Shown one piece after another: positions 52,447 through 64,000 of a stretch of 64,000 nt of DNA. The number at the start of each line of letters is the position of its first letter. Position 1 is the stretch's first letter. The notes beneath the pieces were generated by a model, which had not been told where the DNA came from, did no database searches, and saw only the letters and a list, made by a program, of their open reading frames with translations. The DNA is from an uncultured beta proteobacterium (lineage in GTDB: Bacteria; Pseudomonadota; Gammaproteobacteria; Burkholderiales; SG8-39). The stretch covers positions 234,131 to 298,130 of the forward strand of contig CAVUQY010000003.1 in the NCBI GenBank assembly GCA_963743805.1, in the 5' to 3' direction. The translations under genes and the position numbers were made by a program.

Positions 52447-52941
52447 ATGAACGCACCCCTCGTCCTGCCGTCCGCCGGCATCCAGCCGGAGATCGCGATC
52501 AAGGCGATCCCGGACGACGAGCGCGTCTGGGTGCCGCAGGCGAAGGACGTCTGGTTCCGCCCGCTGCTGCTCAACACCGTCACCGGCGGCTGGTGCAACC
52601 TGCTGCGCGTGCGCAAGAGCGGCGTGCTCCACCGCCATCGCCATCCGATGCTCGTGGTCGGCTACGTCATCAAGGGGAAGTGGCGCTACCTCGAGCACGA
52701 CTGGGTGGCGACCGAAGGGAGCTTCGTCTACGAGCCTCCGGGGGAGATCCACACGCTGGTCGTGCCCGACGACGTCCCGGAGATGATCACCTTCTTCAAC
52801 ATCTCGGGCGCGATGATCTACCTCGACGAGCAGGGCCGGCAGACCGCGTACGAAGACGTGTTCTCCAAGATCGATATGTGTCGCAAGCACTACGTCGAGG
52901 TCGGCCTCGGCGCGGACTTCGTCAGCCAGTTCGTCCGTTGA
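52447..52941 (+). CDS. 2,4'-dihydroxyacetophenone dioxygenase-like cupin
   Basis: 164 aa cupin with an HRH.H metal-binding motif (HRHRHPM). Confidence 0.7.
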   Translation: MNAPLVLPSAGIQPEIAIKAIPDDERVWVPQAKDVWFRPLLLNTVTGGWCNLLRVRKSGVLHRHRHPMLVVGYVIKGKWRYLEHDWVATEGSFVYEPPGEIHTLVVPDDVPEMITFFNISGAMIYLDEQGRQTAYEDVFSKIDMCRKHYVEVGLGADFVSQFVR

Positions 52942-53861
52942 AGCTCGGCATCCCGAACTTCGCGAAGGCGCTCGACGCGGGGCTGCTGAAGACCGTCGAA
53001 GCGCTGCTGCGCGCCGGCCAGTTCCATCGCGTCGCGAACCTCGTCGCCGCCAGCGAGCCGGTCGCGAACTTCGCGCTGCGCCGGATGCGCGAGCTCGTCG
53101 ACGATCCGCTGCTCGTCGCGCGCGATGGCGGCCTGCAGCTCACCAAGCGCGCGCAACGCCTCGCGGCACCGTTTCGCGACCTGCTGGAGCGCATCGGCGA
53201 GGTGCTCGCGGGGCGCGACGTGTTCGACCCGGCGTTCTGCGAGCAGACGTTTCGCATCGCGGCGAGCGACTATGCGTCGTTCGTCGTCGGCCCGGCGCTG
53301 GTCCGCGCGTTGTCGCAGGCGGCGCCGCGTGCGGCACTCGCCTTCGAGCCGTTCGACCCGGCGCGCGCGCGCAACGCCCTGGCGGGCGGGGAGATCGACC
53401 TCGTGATGGCGGCGGGTCTGCGCGGCGGGGCCGGAAAGCTGCGGTCGGAGACGCTGTTCGCCGAGCGGTTCGCGTGCGTCGCCCGGAAAGACCATCCCCG
53501 GGTGGCGAAGCGGCTGACGGCGACCGCCTACGCGGCCGAACGGCACGTCGTCGTGCATGCGCCGGCCGGCGCCGCGAAGGCCGATCCCGCGCTCGCCGAT
53601 CCGGGGCGCAAGCGCCGCGCCGGGGCGACCGTCGCGCATTTCCTCCTCGTGCCCGAGATCGTTGCGCACTCGGAGCTGATCGCTACGCTGCCCGAGCGCG
53701 TCGCCGAGCGATTCGCGGCGCGCTATCCGCTCGTCGTGCACCGCTCGCCGGTGCGTCCGGCGGGGTTCACGCTCGCGCTGACCTGGAGCGTGCGCACCGA
53801 CGACGAGCCGGCGCAGCGCTGGCTGCGCGGGCTCGTGGGTGAAGTGGCGGCGGAGACCTGA
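52938..53861 (+). CDS. LysR-family transcriptional regulator (TTG start inferred)
   Basis: HTH ...VAASEPVANFALRRMRELVDDPLLVARDGGLQLT... and a LysR substrate-binding domain. Confidence 0.7.
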   Translation: MKLGIPNFAKALDAGLLKTVEALLRAGQFHRVANLVAASEPVANFALRRMRELVDDPLLVARDGGLQLTKRAQRLAAPFRDLLERIGEVLAGRDVFDPAFCEQTFRIAASDYASFVVGPALVRALSQAAPRAALAFEPFDPARARNALAGGEIDLVMAAGLRGGAGKLRSETLFAERFACVARKDHPRVAKRLTATAYAAERHVVVHAPAGAAKADPALADPGRKRRAGATVAHFLLVPEIVAHSELIATLPERVAERFAARYPLVVHRSPVRPAGFTLALTWSVRTDDEPAQRWLRGLVGEVAAET

Positions 53862-53873
53862 CCGCGCCCGGGT

Positions 53874-55086
53874 CTAGAGCGTCACCGGCAAGTGACGGAG
53901 CCCGCGAAAGCGCACGCGCCGGTCGCGCTCCGGCGCGCCGTCCAGCGCGATCTTCGGATAGCGCGCGAGCAGGCGGCCGAACGCGATCCGGCCCTCGAGC
54001 CGCGCGACGTTCATGCCGGCGCAGGCGTGCGCGCCCTGCCCGAACGCGACGTGGCGGTTCGGGTTGCGGCCCACGTCGAGCCGATCCGGATCGGGGAACT
54101 GCGCCGGATCGCGGTTCGCCGCGCCGACGCCGAGCGTCAGGAAGGTGCCGGCCGGGAAGGTCCGCCCGCCGATCTCCATCGGCGCCGTGGCCATGCGGTT
54201 ATTGAGCTGCAGCGGGCTCTCGAAGCGCAGCAGCTCCTCGACCGCGGTGCCGATCAGCGCGGGATCGCGCGCCAGGCGCTCGAGCTCGCCGCGATGCGTC
54301 AGCAGCGCGTGCATGCCGTTGCCGATCAGGTTGGTCGTGGTCTCGTGGCCGGCGTTCAGCAGGAAGATGCAATTGTGGAAGAGCTCTTTCTCGGTGAGCC
54401 GCTCGCCGTCGGGCTCGCCCTGGATGAGCCGCGTGAGCACGTCGGCCTCGGGATCGCCGGGATGCCTGCGCCGGTCCGCGCAGAGCACCGCGAGGTAGTC
54501 GAGAAACTCGCTCGTCGCGCGGTTCGCCCGTTCGAGGATCTCCGCGCTCGGCGCGGGCTCGAGCGCCGACAGGATCGCGAGCGACCAGCCGCGCAGGGGC
54601 CCGCGCTCGGGCTTCGGAACGTCGAGGAGGTTGCCGATCACCTCGACCGGGATCTGCGCGGCGAAGTCCTCGATCAGGTCGACGCGGCTGCGCCCCGCCA
54701 TGCGGTCGAGCAGGCCGTCGACCAGCGCGACCAGTCCCGCTTCCATGCGCGCGATCGCGCGCTGGTTGACCGCGCCCATGATCAGCCGGCGCACGCGCGT
54801 GTGCAGCGGCGGGTCGTTGAAGACGAGGCTGGTGGTGTGATGCTCGTAGATCGGGCCGTCGCCGAGCCGGGGCTTGAACTCGCGCTTCTTGTCCGAGCTC
54901 GCGCGCGGGTCGCGGTAGACCGCGACGACGTCTTCGTGGCGCGTCAGGAAGAACGAGCCCGGCGCGAGCTCGTGCACCGGATCGTGCGTGCGCAGCGCCG
55001 CATAGTACGGGATACGGATCGTCGATGAAGTCCGGCGGGACGTCCGTGAGCCGGAATGCGCGCGCCTCGTGGACCGCCAGCTTCAC
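53874..55086 (-). pseudogene. cytochrome P450, single apparent frameshift near 54985
   Basis: EXXR and heme-binding FGQGAHACAG motifs; the N-terminal 35 aa are in a different frame. Confidence 0.75.
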
Positions 55087-55868
55087 TCAGAACGTCCCGG
55101 GATAGGCGCCGCCGTCGATCAGGAAGTTCTGCCCGACGACATACCCCGCCTGGGCGCTGCAGAGATACGCGCACGCGTCGCCGAACTCGGCCGCGTCGCC
55201 GAAGCGCGCACCCGGGATCCCTTTCGCGCGCGCCTCCTTCAGGCTCTCGGCCGTCACGCCCTGCTTCTTGGCGTTGAACTCGAAGTTCGAGACCAGCCGG
55301 TCGGTCAGGAACGCGCCGGGCAGCAGGTTGTTGATCGTCACGTTGTGCCGCGCCACCTGCCGCGACAGCCCGGCGACGAAGCCGGTGAGCCCGGTGCGCG
55401 CGCCGTTCGACATGCCGAGCTCCGGAATGGGGAACTTCACCGCGCCGGAGGTGATGTTCACGATGCGCCCGAACCTGCGCGCGATCATCGGGTCGATCGG
55501 TCGCCTTCATGAGCTCGATCGGCGTGAGCATGTTGGCGTCGATCGCCTTGAGCCAGTCGTCACGCGGTCCAGTTGCGGAAATCGCCCGGCGGCGGGCCGC
55601 CGGCGTTGTTGACCAGGATGTCCGGCTGCGGGCAGGCGGCCAGGAGCTGCGCGCGCCCGTCGGGCGTGGTGACGTCGAGCGCGAGCGCGGTGACCTTCAC
55701 GCCGAAGGCCTTGCGGATCTCGCCCGCGGTCTGCTCGAGCGCTTCCTTGCCGCGCGCGCAGATCGTCAGATCGACGCCTTCCCGTGCCAGCGACCACGCG
55801 CACGCGCGGCCGAGGCCCTTGCTCGCGGCGCAGACGATTGCGGTCTTGCCCTTGATGCCGAGATCCAT
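55087..55868 (-). pseudogene. SDR-family short-chain dehydrogenase, 2 apparent frameshifts
   Basis: [12 protein letters not shown] Rossmann motif, NNAG, and the C-terminal part in a second frame. Confidence 0.7.
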
Positions 55869-55921
55869 TGCTGCTCCTGACGTGGGTGGGTGTTTAGCGG
55901 CGGTTTTAGCGTCGCTGGTTT

Positions 55922-57437
55922 CTAGCGTCGCTTGCCGCCGAGAATCGAGCCGAGGATGCCGCGCGTGATCTCGCGGCCGAGCGAGGAGCCGACCGAGCGC
56001 GCCGCGCTCTTCGCCGCGGCATCGAGCATGCCGGGTTTCTTGCCCCCGCGCGGCCCGGTCGAGCCGAGCAGCACGTCCGAGAGCATGTCCATGAGGCCGC
56101 CGCTCTTTCCGGCTTCCGCGGGCGCGCCCTTGCCGCCGGCGGTCGGCTGTTCCTGCGCGCCGGCCGCGGCCTGCAGCTTCTCGAACGCCGACTCGCGGTC
56201 CACCGTCTTCTCGTAGTGCCCGGCCACGAGCGACGACGCGATGATCTTCTTGCGCTCCTCCGGCGTGATCGGCCCGATCTTCGAGTGCGGGCGGGGCGAT
56301 GAACGCGCGCTCGACGACGCTCGGCCGCCCCTTCTCGTCGAGCATCGACACGAGCGCCTCGCCGACGCCGAGCTCGGTGATCGCCTTCTCGGTGTCGATC
56401 TTCGGGTTCTGGCGCAGCGTCTGGGCGGCGGTCTTCACCGCCTTCTGGTCCTTGGGCGTGAACGCGCGCAGCGCGTGCTGCACGCGGTTGCCGAGCTGCC
56501 CGAGCACGCTTTCCGGGATGTCGAGCGGGTTCTGCGTCACGAAGTACACGCCGACGCCCTTGGAGCGGATCAGCCGCACCACCTGCTCGATCTTCTCCAC
56601 CAGCGCCTTCGGCGCGTCGTTGAAAAGCAGGTGCGCCTCGTCGAAGAAGAACACCATCTTCGGCTTGTCCACGTCGCCGACCTCCGGCAGCTGCTCGAAC
56701 AGCTCCGAGAGCATCCACAGCAGGAAGGTCGAGTAGAGCTTCGGCGAGTTCATCAGCTTGTCGGCGGCGAGCACGTTGACCATGCCGCGGCCCTTGCTGT
56801 CGGTCTGCATCAGGTCGCCGATGTCGAGCATCGGCTCGCCGAAGAACCGCTCCGCGCCCTGGTGCTCGAGCTCGAGCAACCCGCGCTGGATCGCGCCGAT
56901 CGAGGCGGTGGAAACGTTGCCGTACGCGGTCTTGAACTTGGCCGCGTTGTCGCCGACGAACTGCGACATGGCGCGCAGGTCCTTCAGGTCGAGGAGCGCG
57001 AGGCCGTTGTCGTCGGCGATCTTGAACACGAGCGTCAGCACGCCCTGCTGGACGTCGCTCAGGTTGAGGAGCCGGCCGAGCAGGAGCGGCCCCATGTCGG
57101 AGATCGTCGCGCGCACCGGATGGCCCTGCTCCCCGTACACGTCCCAGAACGTCACCGGGCAGCCTTCCCACTTCGGCTCGTCGAGCTTCAGCATCGCGAG
57201 CCGCTCCTTCATCTTCGGCGAGGCCGAGCCGGGGGCCGAGATTCCGGAGAGGTCGCCTTTCACGTCCGCCATGAACGAGGGCACGCCGAGGCGCGAGAAC
57301 GACTCGGCGAAGACCTGCATCGTCACCGTCTTTCCGGTGCCGGTCGCGCCGGTGATGAGGCCGTGCCGGTTGGCGAGCGCGGGCAGGAGCATGAGCTCGA
57401 TGTCGGCGGTCTTGGCGAGCAGAATCGGATCGGCCAT
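55922..57437 (-). pseudogene. DUF853/HerA-like helicase-domain ATPase (YjgR family), frameshift near 56240
   Basis: [10 protein letters not shown] Walker A and FFFDEAH Walker B; the C-terminal ~100 aa are in a second frame. Confidence 0.7.
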
Positions 57438-57529
57438 TGGCGTTCCAGGTGCGGAAAAGGTGGGGGATAGGCCCGACGAGGCGCTAAAATTACCGCCTTT
57501 CAGCGAACCGCGCAGCGATCGGCACGCAA

Positions 57530-57550
57530 CGAGGGGGCGATGCCCCCTCG
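57530..57550. repeat. perfect GC-rich hairpin CGAGGGGGC-gat-GCCCCCTCG, 40 nt upstream of yebC
   Basis: 9-bp stem and 3-nt loop with no T-tract after it; function unknown. Confidence 0.4.
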
Positions 57551-57589
57551 TGCTCCCAAACTGGTGACGACTTTTCGTAACGAGACGCC

Positions 57590-58318
57590 ATGGCCGGACA
57601 TTCCCGATGGGCGAACATCAAGCACAAGAAGGCCGCCTCTGACGCCAAGAAGGGCAAGGTCTTCACGAAGGCGATCAAGGAGGTCACCGTCGCGGCGCGG
57701 CTCGGCGGCGGCGATCCGTCGATGAACGCGCGCCTGCGCCTCGCCCTTGCGAAGGCGCAGGAAGGGAACGTCCCGAAGGACAACGTCGATCGCGCGATCA
57801 AGCGCGGGACGGGCGAGCTCGAAGGCGTCGCGTACGAGGAGATCCGCTACGAGGGCTACGGCATCGGCGGGGCGGCCGTGATGGTCGATTGCCTGACCGA
57901 CAACCGCACCCGCACGGTCGGCGAGGTGCGGCACGCGTTCAGCAAGAACGGCGGCAATCTCGGCACCGACGGTTCGGTCGCGTTCATGTTCAAGCACTGC
58001 GGCCAGTTCGTGTTCGCGCCCGGCGCCACCACCGAGGAAAAGTTGATGGAGGTCGCGCTCGACGCCGGGGCCGAGGACGTGATCACCGACGATGACGGCA
58101 CGCTGGAGGTGCTGTGCGCGCCGGGCGATTTCGAGTCGGTGAAGGCCGCGCTCGAGGGCGCCGGCCTCAAGCCCGAGGTCGCCGGCATCACGATGCGCCC
58201 CTCGACCGACACCCCGCTCAAGGGCGACGACGGCACGAAGATGCAGAAGCTCCTCGACGCCCTGGAGGCGCTCGACGACGTGCAGGACGTCTACACGACG
58301 GCGGCGATCGAGGAGTGA
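57590..58318 (+). CDS. yebC: YebC/PmpR family DNA-binding transcriptional regulator
   Basis: [15 protein letters not shown]-terminus; 242 aa. Confidence 0.93.
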   Translation: MAGHSRWANIKHKKAASDAKKGKVFTKAIKEVTVAARLGGGDPSMNARLRLALAKAQEGNVPKDNVDRAIKRGTGELEGVAYEEIRYEGYGIGGAAVMVDCLTDNRTRTVGEVRHAFSKNGGNLGTDGSVAFMFKHCGQFVFAPGATTEEKLMEVALDAGAEDVITDDDGTLEVLCAPGDFESVKAALEGAGLKPEVAGITMRPSTDTPLKGDDGTKMQKLLDALEALDDVQDVYTTAAIEE

Positions 58319-58344
58319 CGGGCGCCGGCCCCTATAATCGCGGC

Positions 58345-58900
58345 ATGGCGGCGCCTGCCCTCCGCATCCTCGGCATCGACCCGGGCCTGCGCGTCACCGG
58401 TTTCGGCGTCATCGACAAGACCGGACAGAAGCTCGCGTACGTGACGAGCGGCTGCATCCGCACGCCGCTGGCGGGGAGCCTGCCCGAACGTCTCGCCGTC
58501 ATCCTCGATTCGCTCGGTGAAGTGATCGCCGCGCACCGGCCCGGGCAGGTCGCCCTCGAGAAGGTCTTCGTGAACGTCAACCCCGAGTCGACGCTTGCGC
58601 TCGGGCAGGCGCGCGGCACCGCGATCTGCGCCGCCGTGTCGGCCAGACTGCCGGTGGCCGAGTACACCGCGCTGCAGGTGAAGCAGGCGGTGGTCGGCAA
58701 CGGGCATCGCGAAGAAGGAGCAGGTGCAGGAAATGGTGAAGCGCCTGCTCCATCTCGCGGGCGCGCCGAGCGCGGACGCCGCCGACGCGCTGGCGTGCGC
58801 GATCTGCCACGCGCACGGCGGGCAGGGACTGGGCGCGATCGCCACCGCCGGCTACCGGGTGCGGCGCGGGCGGCTCGTAGGGCGGGCGATCGCGCGATGA
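58345..58900 (+). pseudogene. ruvC: Holliday junction resolvase RuvC, apparent single-base frameshift near 58715
   Basis: [16 protein letters not shown]-terminus; the C-terminus ([14 protein letters not shown]...[10 protein letters not shown]) is in the +2 frame; TATAAT sits 7 nt before the ATG. Confidence 0.75.
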
Positions 58901-59478
58901 TCGGCCGCATCCAGGGCGTCCTGCTGGAGAAGAACCCGCCGCAGATCATCGTCGACTGCCAGGGCGTCGGCTACGAGGTCGAGGTGCCGATGAGCACCTT
59001 CTACAACCTGCCGGCGACGGGCGAGCGCGTCGCCCTGCTCACGCATCTGCTGGTGCGCGAGGACGCGCATCTCCTGTACGGCTTCGGCACCGAGGGCGAG
59101 CGCCGCGCCTTCCGCCAGCTCCTCAAGATCAGCGGCGTCGGCGCGCGCACCTCGCTCGCCGTGCTCTCCGGCCTGTCGGTCGCCGAGCTCGCGGAGGCGG
59201 TGACGCTGCAGGAGAGCGGGCGGCTCACCCGGATTCCCGGCATCGGCAAGAAGACCGCCGAGCGGCTCCTGCTGGAGCTCAAGGACAAGCTCGGGGTCGA
59301 GCTGACGACCACCGTCGCGGCGAGTCGCCCCGCGCCGGCGACGAGCGACATCCTGCGCGCGTTGCTCGCGCTGGGATACAGCGAGAAGGAGGCCGCCGCC
59401 GCGGTGCGGCAGCTGCCCGAAGGGCTGTCGGTGTCCGACGGCATCCGGCAGGCGCTGAAGTCGCTTTCCAGGGCGTAG
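58897..59478 (+). CDS. ruvA: Holliday junction branch migration protein RuvA
   Basis: MIGRIQGVL..., helix-hairpin-helix motifs; ATGA overlap with ruvC. Confidence 0.93.
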   Translation: MIGRIQGVLLEKNPPQIIVDCQGVGYEVEVPMSTFYNLPATGERVALLTHLLVREDAHLLYGFGTEGERRAFRQLLKISGVGARTSLAVLSGLSVAELAEAVTLQESGRLTRIPGIGKKTAERLLLELKDKLGVELTTTVAASRPAPATSDILRALLALGYSEKEAAAAVRQLPEGLSVSDGIRQALKSLSRA

Positions 59479-59487
59479 GATTCCGCC

Positions 59488-60532
<1,045 letters not shown>

Positions 60533-60604
60533 CCCCGATAAGCGGGGCGCATGCGTTGAAGGCAGCTGGCAGGCGACTGGGATGGCAGGACTTACGTCTG
60601 GCCG

Positions 60605-60982
60605 GTGCGCGTGTACTACCACCACACCGATGCCGGCGGGGTGGTGTATCACGGGACCTATCTCGATTTCATGGAAGCGGCGCGCACCGAGCTGCTGCAC
60701 GCGCTCGGGTTCGACCTCGCGGAACTCGTGGCGCGGCACGCGGTCCTGTTCATGGTGTACGGACTGTCGGTCGACTACCATAAGCCCGCGCGGCTCAACG
60801 AGCGGCTGCGCGTGACCGCGACGATCGCGCATGCCGGGCGCGTGCGCATCGACTTCGAGCAGCGCGTGCTGCGCGGGGACGAGGTGCTCGTCTCGGCGCG
60901 CGTGAAGGCGGCCTGCGTGCATCCGCAGACGTTCAAGCCGATCGCGCTGCCCGAGGCGCTCAGGGAGAAGTTCAAACAATGA
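60605..60982 (+). CDS. ybgC: tol-pal system-associated acyl-CoA thioesterase
   Basis: VRVYYHHTDAGGVVYHGTY hot-dog fold; located immediately upstream of tolQ. Confidence 0.85.
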   Translation: MRVYYHHTDAGGVVYHGTYLDFMEAARTELLHALGFDLAELVARHAVLFMVYGLSVDYHKPARLNERLRVTATIAHAGRVRIDFEQRVLRGDEVLVSARVKAACVHPQTFKPIALPEALREKFKQ

Positions 60983-61656
60983 CCGTGACCCAAGACCTCT
61001 CGATCCTCAGCCTGATCCTCAACGCGAGCTGGGCGGTGCAGGCCATCATGGTGCTGCTGCTCTTCGTGTCGCTGATGTCCTGGTACTACATCTTCCGCAA
61101 GATGTTCTCGATCCGGCAGACGCGGCGGCAGACCGAGGACTTCGAGCGCTCCTTCTGGAGCCGTCCCGACCTGAACGCGCTCTACCAGAGCGCGGTGAAC
61201 GCGCGCCATCGCACCGGCGCGCTCGAGCGCATCTTCGAGGCCGGCTTCCGGGACTACGTGAAGCTCAAGACGCAGCACGTCGAGACGAGCGACCTCGTCG
61301 ACGGCGCGCGCCGCGCGATGCGCGCGACCTACCAGCGCGAGATGGACCACCTCGAGTCGCACCTCGCCTTTCTCGCCTCGGTCGGCTCGGTGAGCCCGTA
61401 CGTCGGCCTGCTCGGCACCGTGTGGGGGATCATGCATTCGTTCCGCGGCCTCGCGAACGTCGCGCAGGCGACGCTCGCCGCCGTGGCGCCGGGCATCGCC
61501 GAGGCGCTGGTCGCGACCGCGATCGGCCTCTTCGCCGCGATCCCCGCGGTGGTCGCGTACAACCGCTACTCGTACGACATCGAGCGCCTGTCGGTGCGCT
61601 TCGAGAGCTTCATGGAGGAGTTCTCGAACATCCTGCAGCGGCAGGCGGCGAGGTAG
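60979..61656 (+). CDS. tolQ: Tol-Pal system protein TolQ
   Basis: 225 aa MotA/TolQ/ExbB-family protein with 3 TM helices. Confidence 0.93.
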   Translation: MTVTQDLSILSLILNASWAVQAIMVLLLFVSLMSWYYIFRKMFSIRQTRRQTEDFERSFWSRPDLNALYQSAVNARHRTGALERIFEAGFRDYVKLKTQHVETSDLVDGARRAMRATYQREMDHLESHLAFLASVGSVSPYVGLLGTVWGIMHSFRGLANVAQATLAAVAPGIAEALVATAIGLFAAIPAVVAYNRYSYDIERLSVRFESFMEEFSNILQRQAAR

Positions 61657-61665
61657 CGGCGATGG

Positions 61666-62088
61666 GGCGGCAGCGCAAGCTGATGAACCAGATCAACGTC
61701 GTGCCGTACGTCGACGTGATGCTGGTGCTGCTCGTGATCTTCATGGTCACGGCGCCCCTGGTGTCGCCGGGGCTGGTCGAGCTGCCGAGCGTCGGCAAGG
61801 CCTCGCAGCCGCCCGAGGCGCCGCTGGAGGTGCTGATCCGCACCGACCAGTCGATGCTGCTGCGCGAGCGCGTGAAGGGGCAGGCCGGTCGACCGCAACG
61901 TGAGCATGGCGCAGCTCGTGACGGCGGTGCGGCAGAAACAGGCCCAGTCGCCCGAGCAGGCCGTCGTCATCTCCGCGGACAAGGACGTGCGCTACGAGGC
62001 GGTGCTGCGGGTGATGGACGAGCTGCAGCGCGCCCAGGTCCGGCGTGTCGGCCTGATGGTGAAGCCGGCGCAGGTGGAGGCGAGATAG
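61666..62088 (+). pseudogene. tolR: Tol-Pal system protein TolR, apparent frameshift near 61890
   Basis: N-terminal TM (INVVPYVDVMLVLLVIFMV); the C-terminal 62 aa are in another frame. Confidence 0.75.
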
Positions 62089-62089
62089 T

Positions 62090-62946
62090 CGTGCTGGCGA
62101 TCCCGCGCCGCGATCCGGGGGCGAACGCCTCGGCCGTGCTGGCGGTCGGCGTGCACGTCCTGCTGCTCGCCGTGCTGTTCTTCGGCATCCGCTGGCGCAC
62201 GAAGCATCCCGAGCCGGTGATGGCCGAGCTGTGGAGCCAGCTCCCTGCCGTCGAGGCGCCGCGCGCGGCGCCGCCGCCTCCGCCGCCGGTCGTCGCGCCG
62301 AAGCCCGAACCGAAGCCCGAGCCGAAGCCCGAACCGAAGCCCGAGCCGCAGGCCCGAGCCCAAGGCGGCGCCGAAGCCGGAGCCGAAGCCCGACATCGCG
62401 CTCGAGCAGGAGAAGAAGCGGAAGGAAGAGGCCGACAAGAAGAAGCGCGCGGAGGAGGCGGCGAACAAGAAGCGCGACGACGAGCTCAAGGCGAAGGCCG
62501 AGCAGGAGCGCAAGGACAAGGCGCTCGCCGAGCAGCGTCGCCGCGACGAGCAGGCGGCCGAGCGGAAGCGCATGCAGGACCAGCTGGCGCGCGAGCTCTC
62601 GGGCGCCGCCCCGAAGGCCGGCGCGCCGGCCGCCGCGGTGCAGGGGGTGCCGGGTCCGGCGGGCGACCCGAGCGCGCTCGCTTCCTGGCAGCAGCAGATC
62701 GGGGCCAAGGTGAAGTCGAACATCGTCCTGCCGCTCGATCTCACGGGCAACCCGGAGGCGCAGTTCGAAGTCCTGCTGCTCCCGACCGGCGAGGTGCAGA
62801 GCGTGCGGCTCCTCAAGTCGAGCGGGAGCCGGGTGCTCGACGACGCGTGGGAGCGGGCGATCCTCAAGTCCTCGCCCCTGCCGAAGCCCGCCAAGGCGGA
62901 AGTGTTCCGCCGCGACCTGCGTCTCGTCTTCCGCCCGCGGGACTGA
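62090..62946 (+). pseudogene. tolA: Tol-Pal system protein TolA, apparent frameshift in the KPEP repeat region (~62350)
   Basis: N-terminal TM, (KPEP)n repeats, a Lys/Glu/Ala-rich helix and the TolA C-terminal domain, read in different frames. Confidence 0.7.
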
Positions 62947-63047
62947 TCCGAATGCGCCCGCGCTGTCGCCGCGTCCCGACACAATTCGCCATGGGCTCGC
63001 CCCGACTCGGCCGGTATAATCCCGCAACGCAGCGAGCAATCCACGCC

Positions 63048-64000
63048 TTGAACCGAACGCTCCGTGCCCTCATCGCCTGCCTGGTCCTCGTGACGGCAGG
63101 CGCCGCGCAAGCCCAGCTCACCATCGAGATCACGGGCGGCGGCGGCACCCAGATTCCGATCGCGATCGCGCCGTTCCAGGGCGAAGCGCAGCTCAAGCCG
63201 GGGCTGAGCGACGTGATCGAGGGGGATCTCGCGCGCAGCGGGCGCTTTCGCACGCTCTACACCGGCCCGCAGAACCTCAACGAGACGAGCACGGTCGACC
63301 TCGCCGCCTGGCGCAGCCGCAACGCCGACGCGCTGGTGGTGGGCGGCGTCTACCCCGCCGCGGGCGGGCGCTACGAGGTGCGTTTTCGCCTCTTCGACGT
63401 GCTCAAGCAGCAGTCGCTCGGCGGCGTCGCGTACACGATCACCCCGCAGCAGGCGCGCGCGACCGCGCACCGCATCGCCGATTTCATCTACGAGAAGCTC
63501 ACCGGCGACAAGGGCGTGTTCTCGACGCGCATCGCCTACGTGGTGAAGAGCGGCCAGCGCTTCCAGCTGCAGATCGCCGACGCCGACGGCGCGAACCCGC
63601 AGACCGCGATCACGTCGAACGAGCCGATCATGTCGCCCAACTGGGCGCCCGACGGCACGCGCATCGCCTACGTCTCGTTCGAGGCCAAGAAGCCGGTCGT
63701 GTACGTGCACAACCTCGCCACCGGCCAGCGCCAGGCGGTCGCGAACTTCCGCGGCTCGAACAGCGCGCCCGCCTGGTCGCCCGACGGCCGCAGCCTGGCG
63801 GTCGTGCTCTCGCGCGAAGGCGGCTCGCAGCTCTTCATGATGAACGCCGACGGCACGAACGTGCGGCGGCTCACCAGCTCGGCGGCGATCGACACCGAGC
63901 CCCAGTTCGCGCCCGACGGGCGGTCGATCTACTTCACGTCCGACCGCGGCGGCGCGCCGCAGATCTACCGGATCGCGACGACCGGCGGCGACGTGCAGCG
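63048..64000 (+). CDS. tolB: Tol-Pal system beta-propeller protein TolB (3' end outside window; start codon uncertain)
   Basis: Signal peptide, N-terminal TolB domain, WD-like repeats (...SPNWAPDGTRIAYVSFE...); a TATAAT sits at 63015. Confidence 0.85.
   Translation, partial: MNRTLRALIACLVLVTAGAAQAQLTIEITGGGGTQIPIAIAPFQGEAQLKPGLSDVIEGDLARSGRFRTLYTGPQNLNETSTVDLAAWRSRNADALVVGGVYPAAGGRYEVRFRLFDVLKQQSLGGVAYTITPQQARATAHRIADFIYEKLTGDKGVFSTRIAYVVKSGQRFQLQIADADGANPQTAITSNEPIMSPNWAPDGTRIAYVSFEAKKPVVYVHNLATGQRQAVANFRGSNSAPAWSPDGRSLAVVLSREGGSQLFMMNADGTNVRRLTSSAAIDTEPQFAPDGRSIYFTSDRGGAPQIYRIATTGGDVQ

Noticed and set aside
61992-63710. 572-aa minus-strand ORF opposite tolA/tolB
   Set aside because: It lies antisense to the tol-pal operon, which has clear TolA C-terminal and TolB N-terminal sequence on the plus strand. 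It is a low-complexity artefact of the GCC-rich KPEP repeat region.

Overview
This window is high-GC (~68-70%) chromosomal DNA, most likely from a betaproteobacterium; the gene order resembles Burkholderiales or Rhodocyclales.

The conserved backbone reads, from left to right:
- a cytochrome c oxidase assembly cluster (ctaG 3' end, DUF2970, coxC, DUF2909, surf1, a thioredoxin-like CxxxC protein, ctaB, sco1);
- the ftsY-ftsE-ftsX-rpoH operon on the minus strand, with a perfect CIRCE (HrcA) palindrome in front of rpoH;
- rsmD-coaD-yfhL, a dynamin-family GTPase, mutM, and a TPR lipoprotein followed by lolB-ispE-tRNA-Gln-prs-rplY-pth-ychF;
- a second Fpg/Nei-like glycosylase, and a TetR plus alpha/beta-hydrolase pair with its operator inside the promoter spacer;
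- a DUF2868 + DUF3482-GTPase gene pair next to a two-component system and a CpxP-like gene;
- ndh, gabD, an intact Liv-type ABC transporter, eda, kdgK, and a small catabolic cluster (DAD-like cupin, LysR, P450, SDR);
- a DUF853 ATPase, then yebC-ruvCAB-ybgC-tolQRAB (tolB truncated at the window end).

A ~13.6 kb block (22.5-36.1 kb) carries about 13 consecutive genes that each show several apparent single-base frameshifts. They are an amidohydrolase, a second Liv-type ABC transporter, a UPF0261/PEP-hydrolase pair, a flotillin-like SPFH protein, tandem SRPBCC proteins, qor and a Bug-family binding protein. Their encoded protein fragments remain highly conserved. Isolated frameshifts also hit housekeeping genes (rsmD, ruvC, ruvB, tolR, tolA, kdgK, the histidine kinase, P450, SDR, DUF853). 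This pattern fits indel errors in the sequence better than real gene decay.

I found no CRISPR array, rRNA, transposase or integrase. Coordinates of frameshifted genes are approximate.
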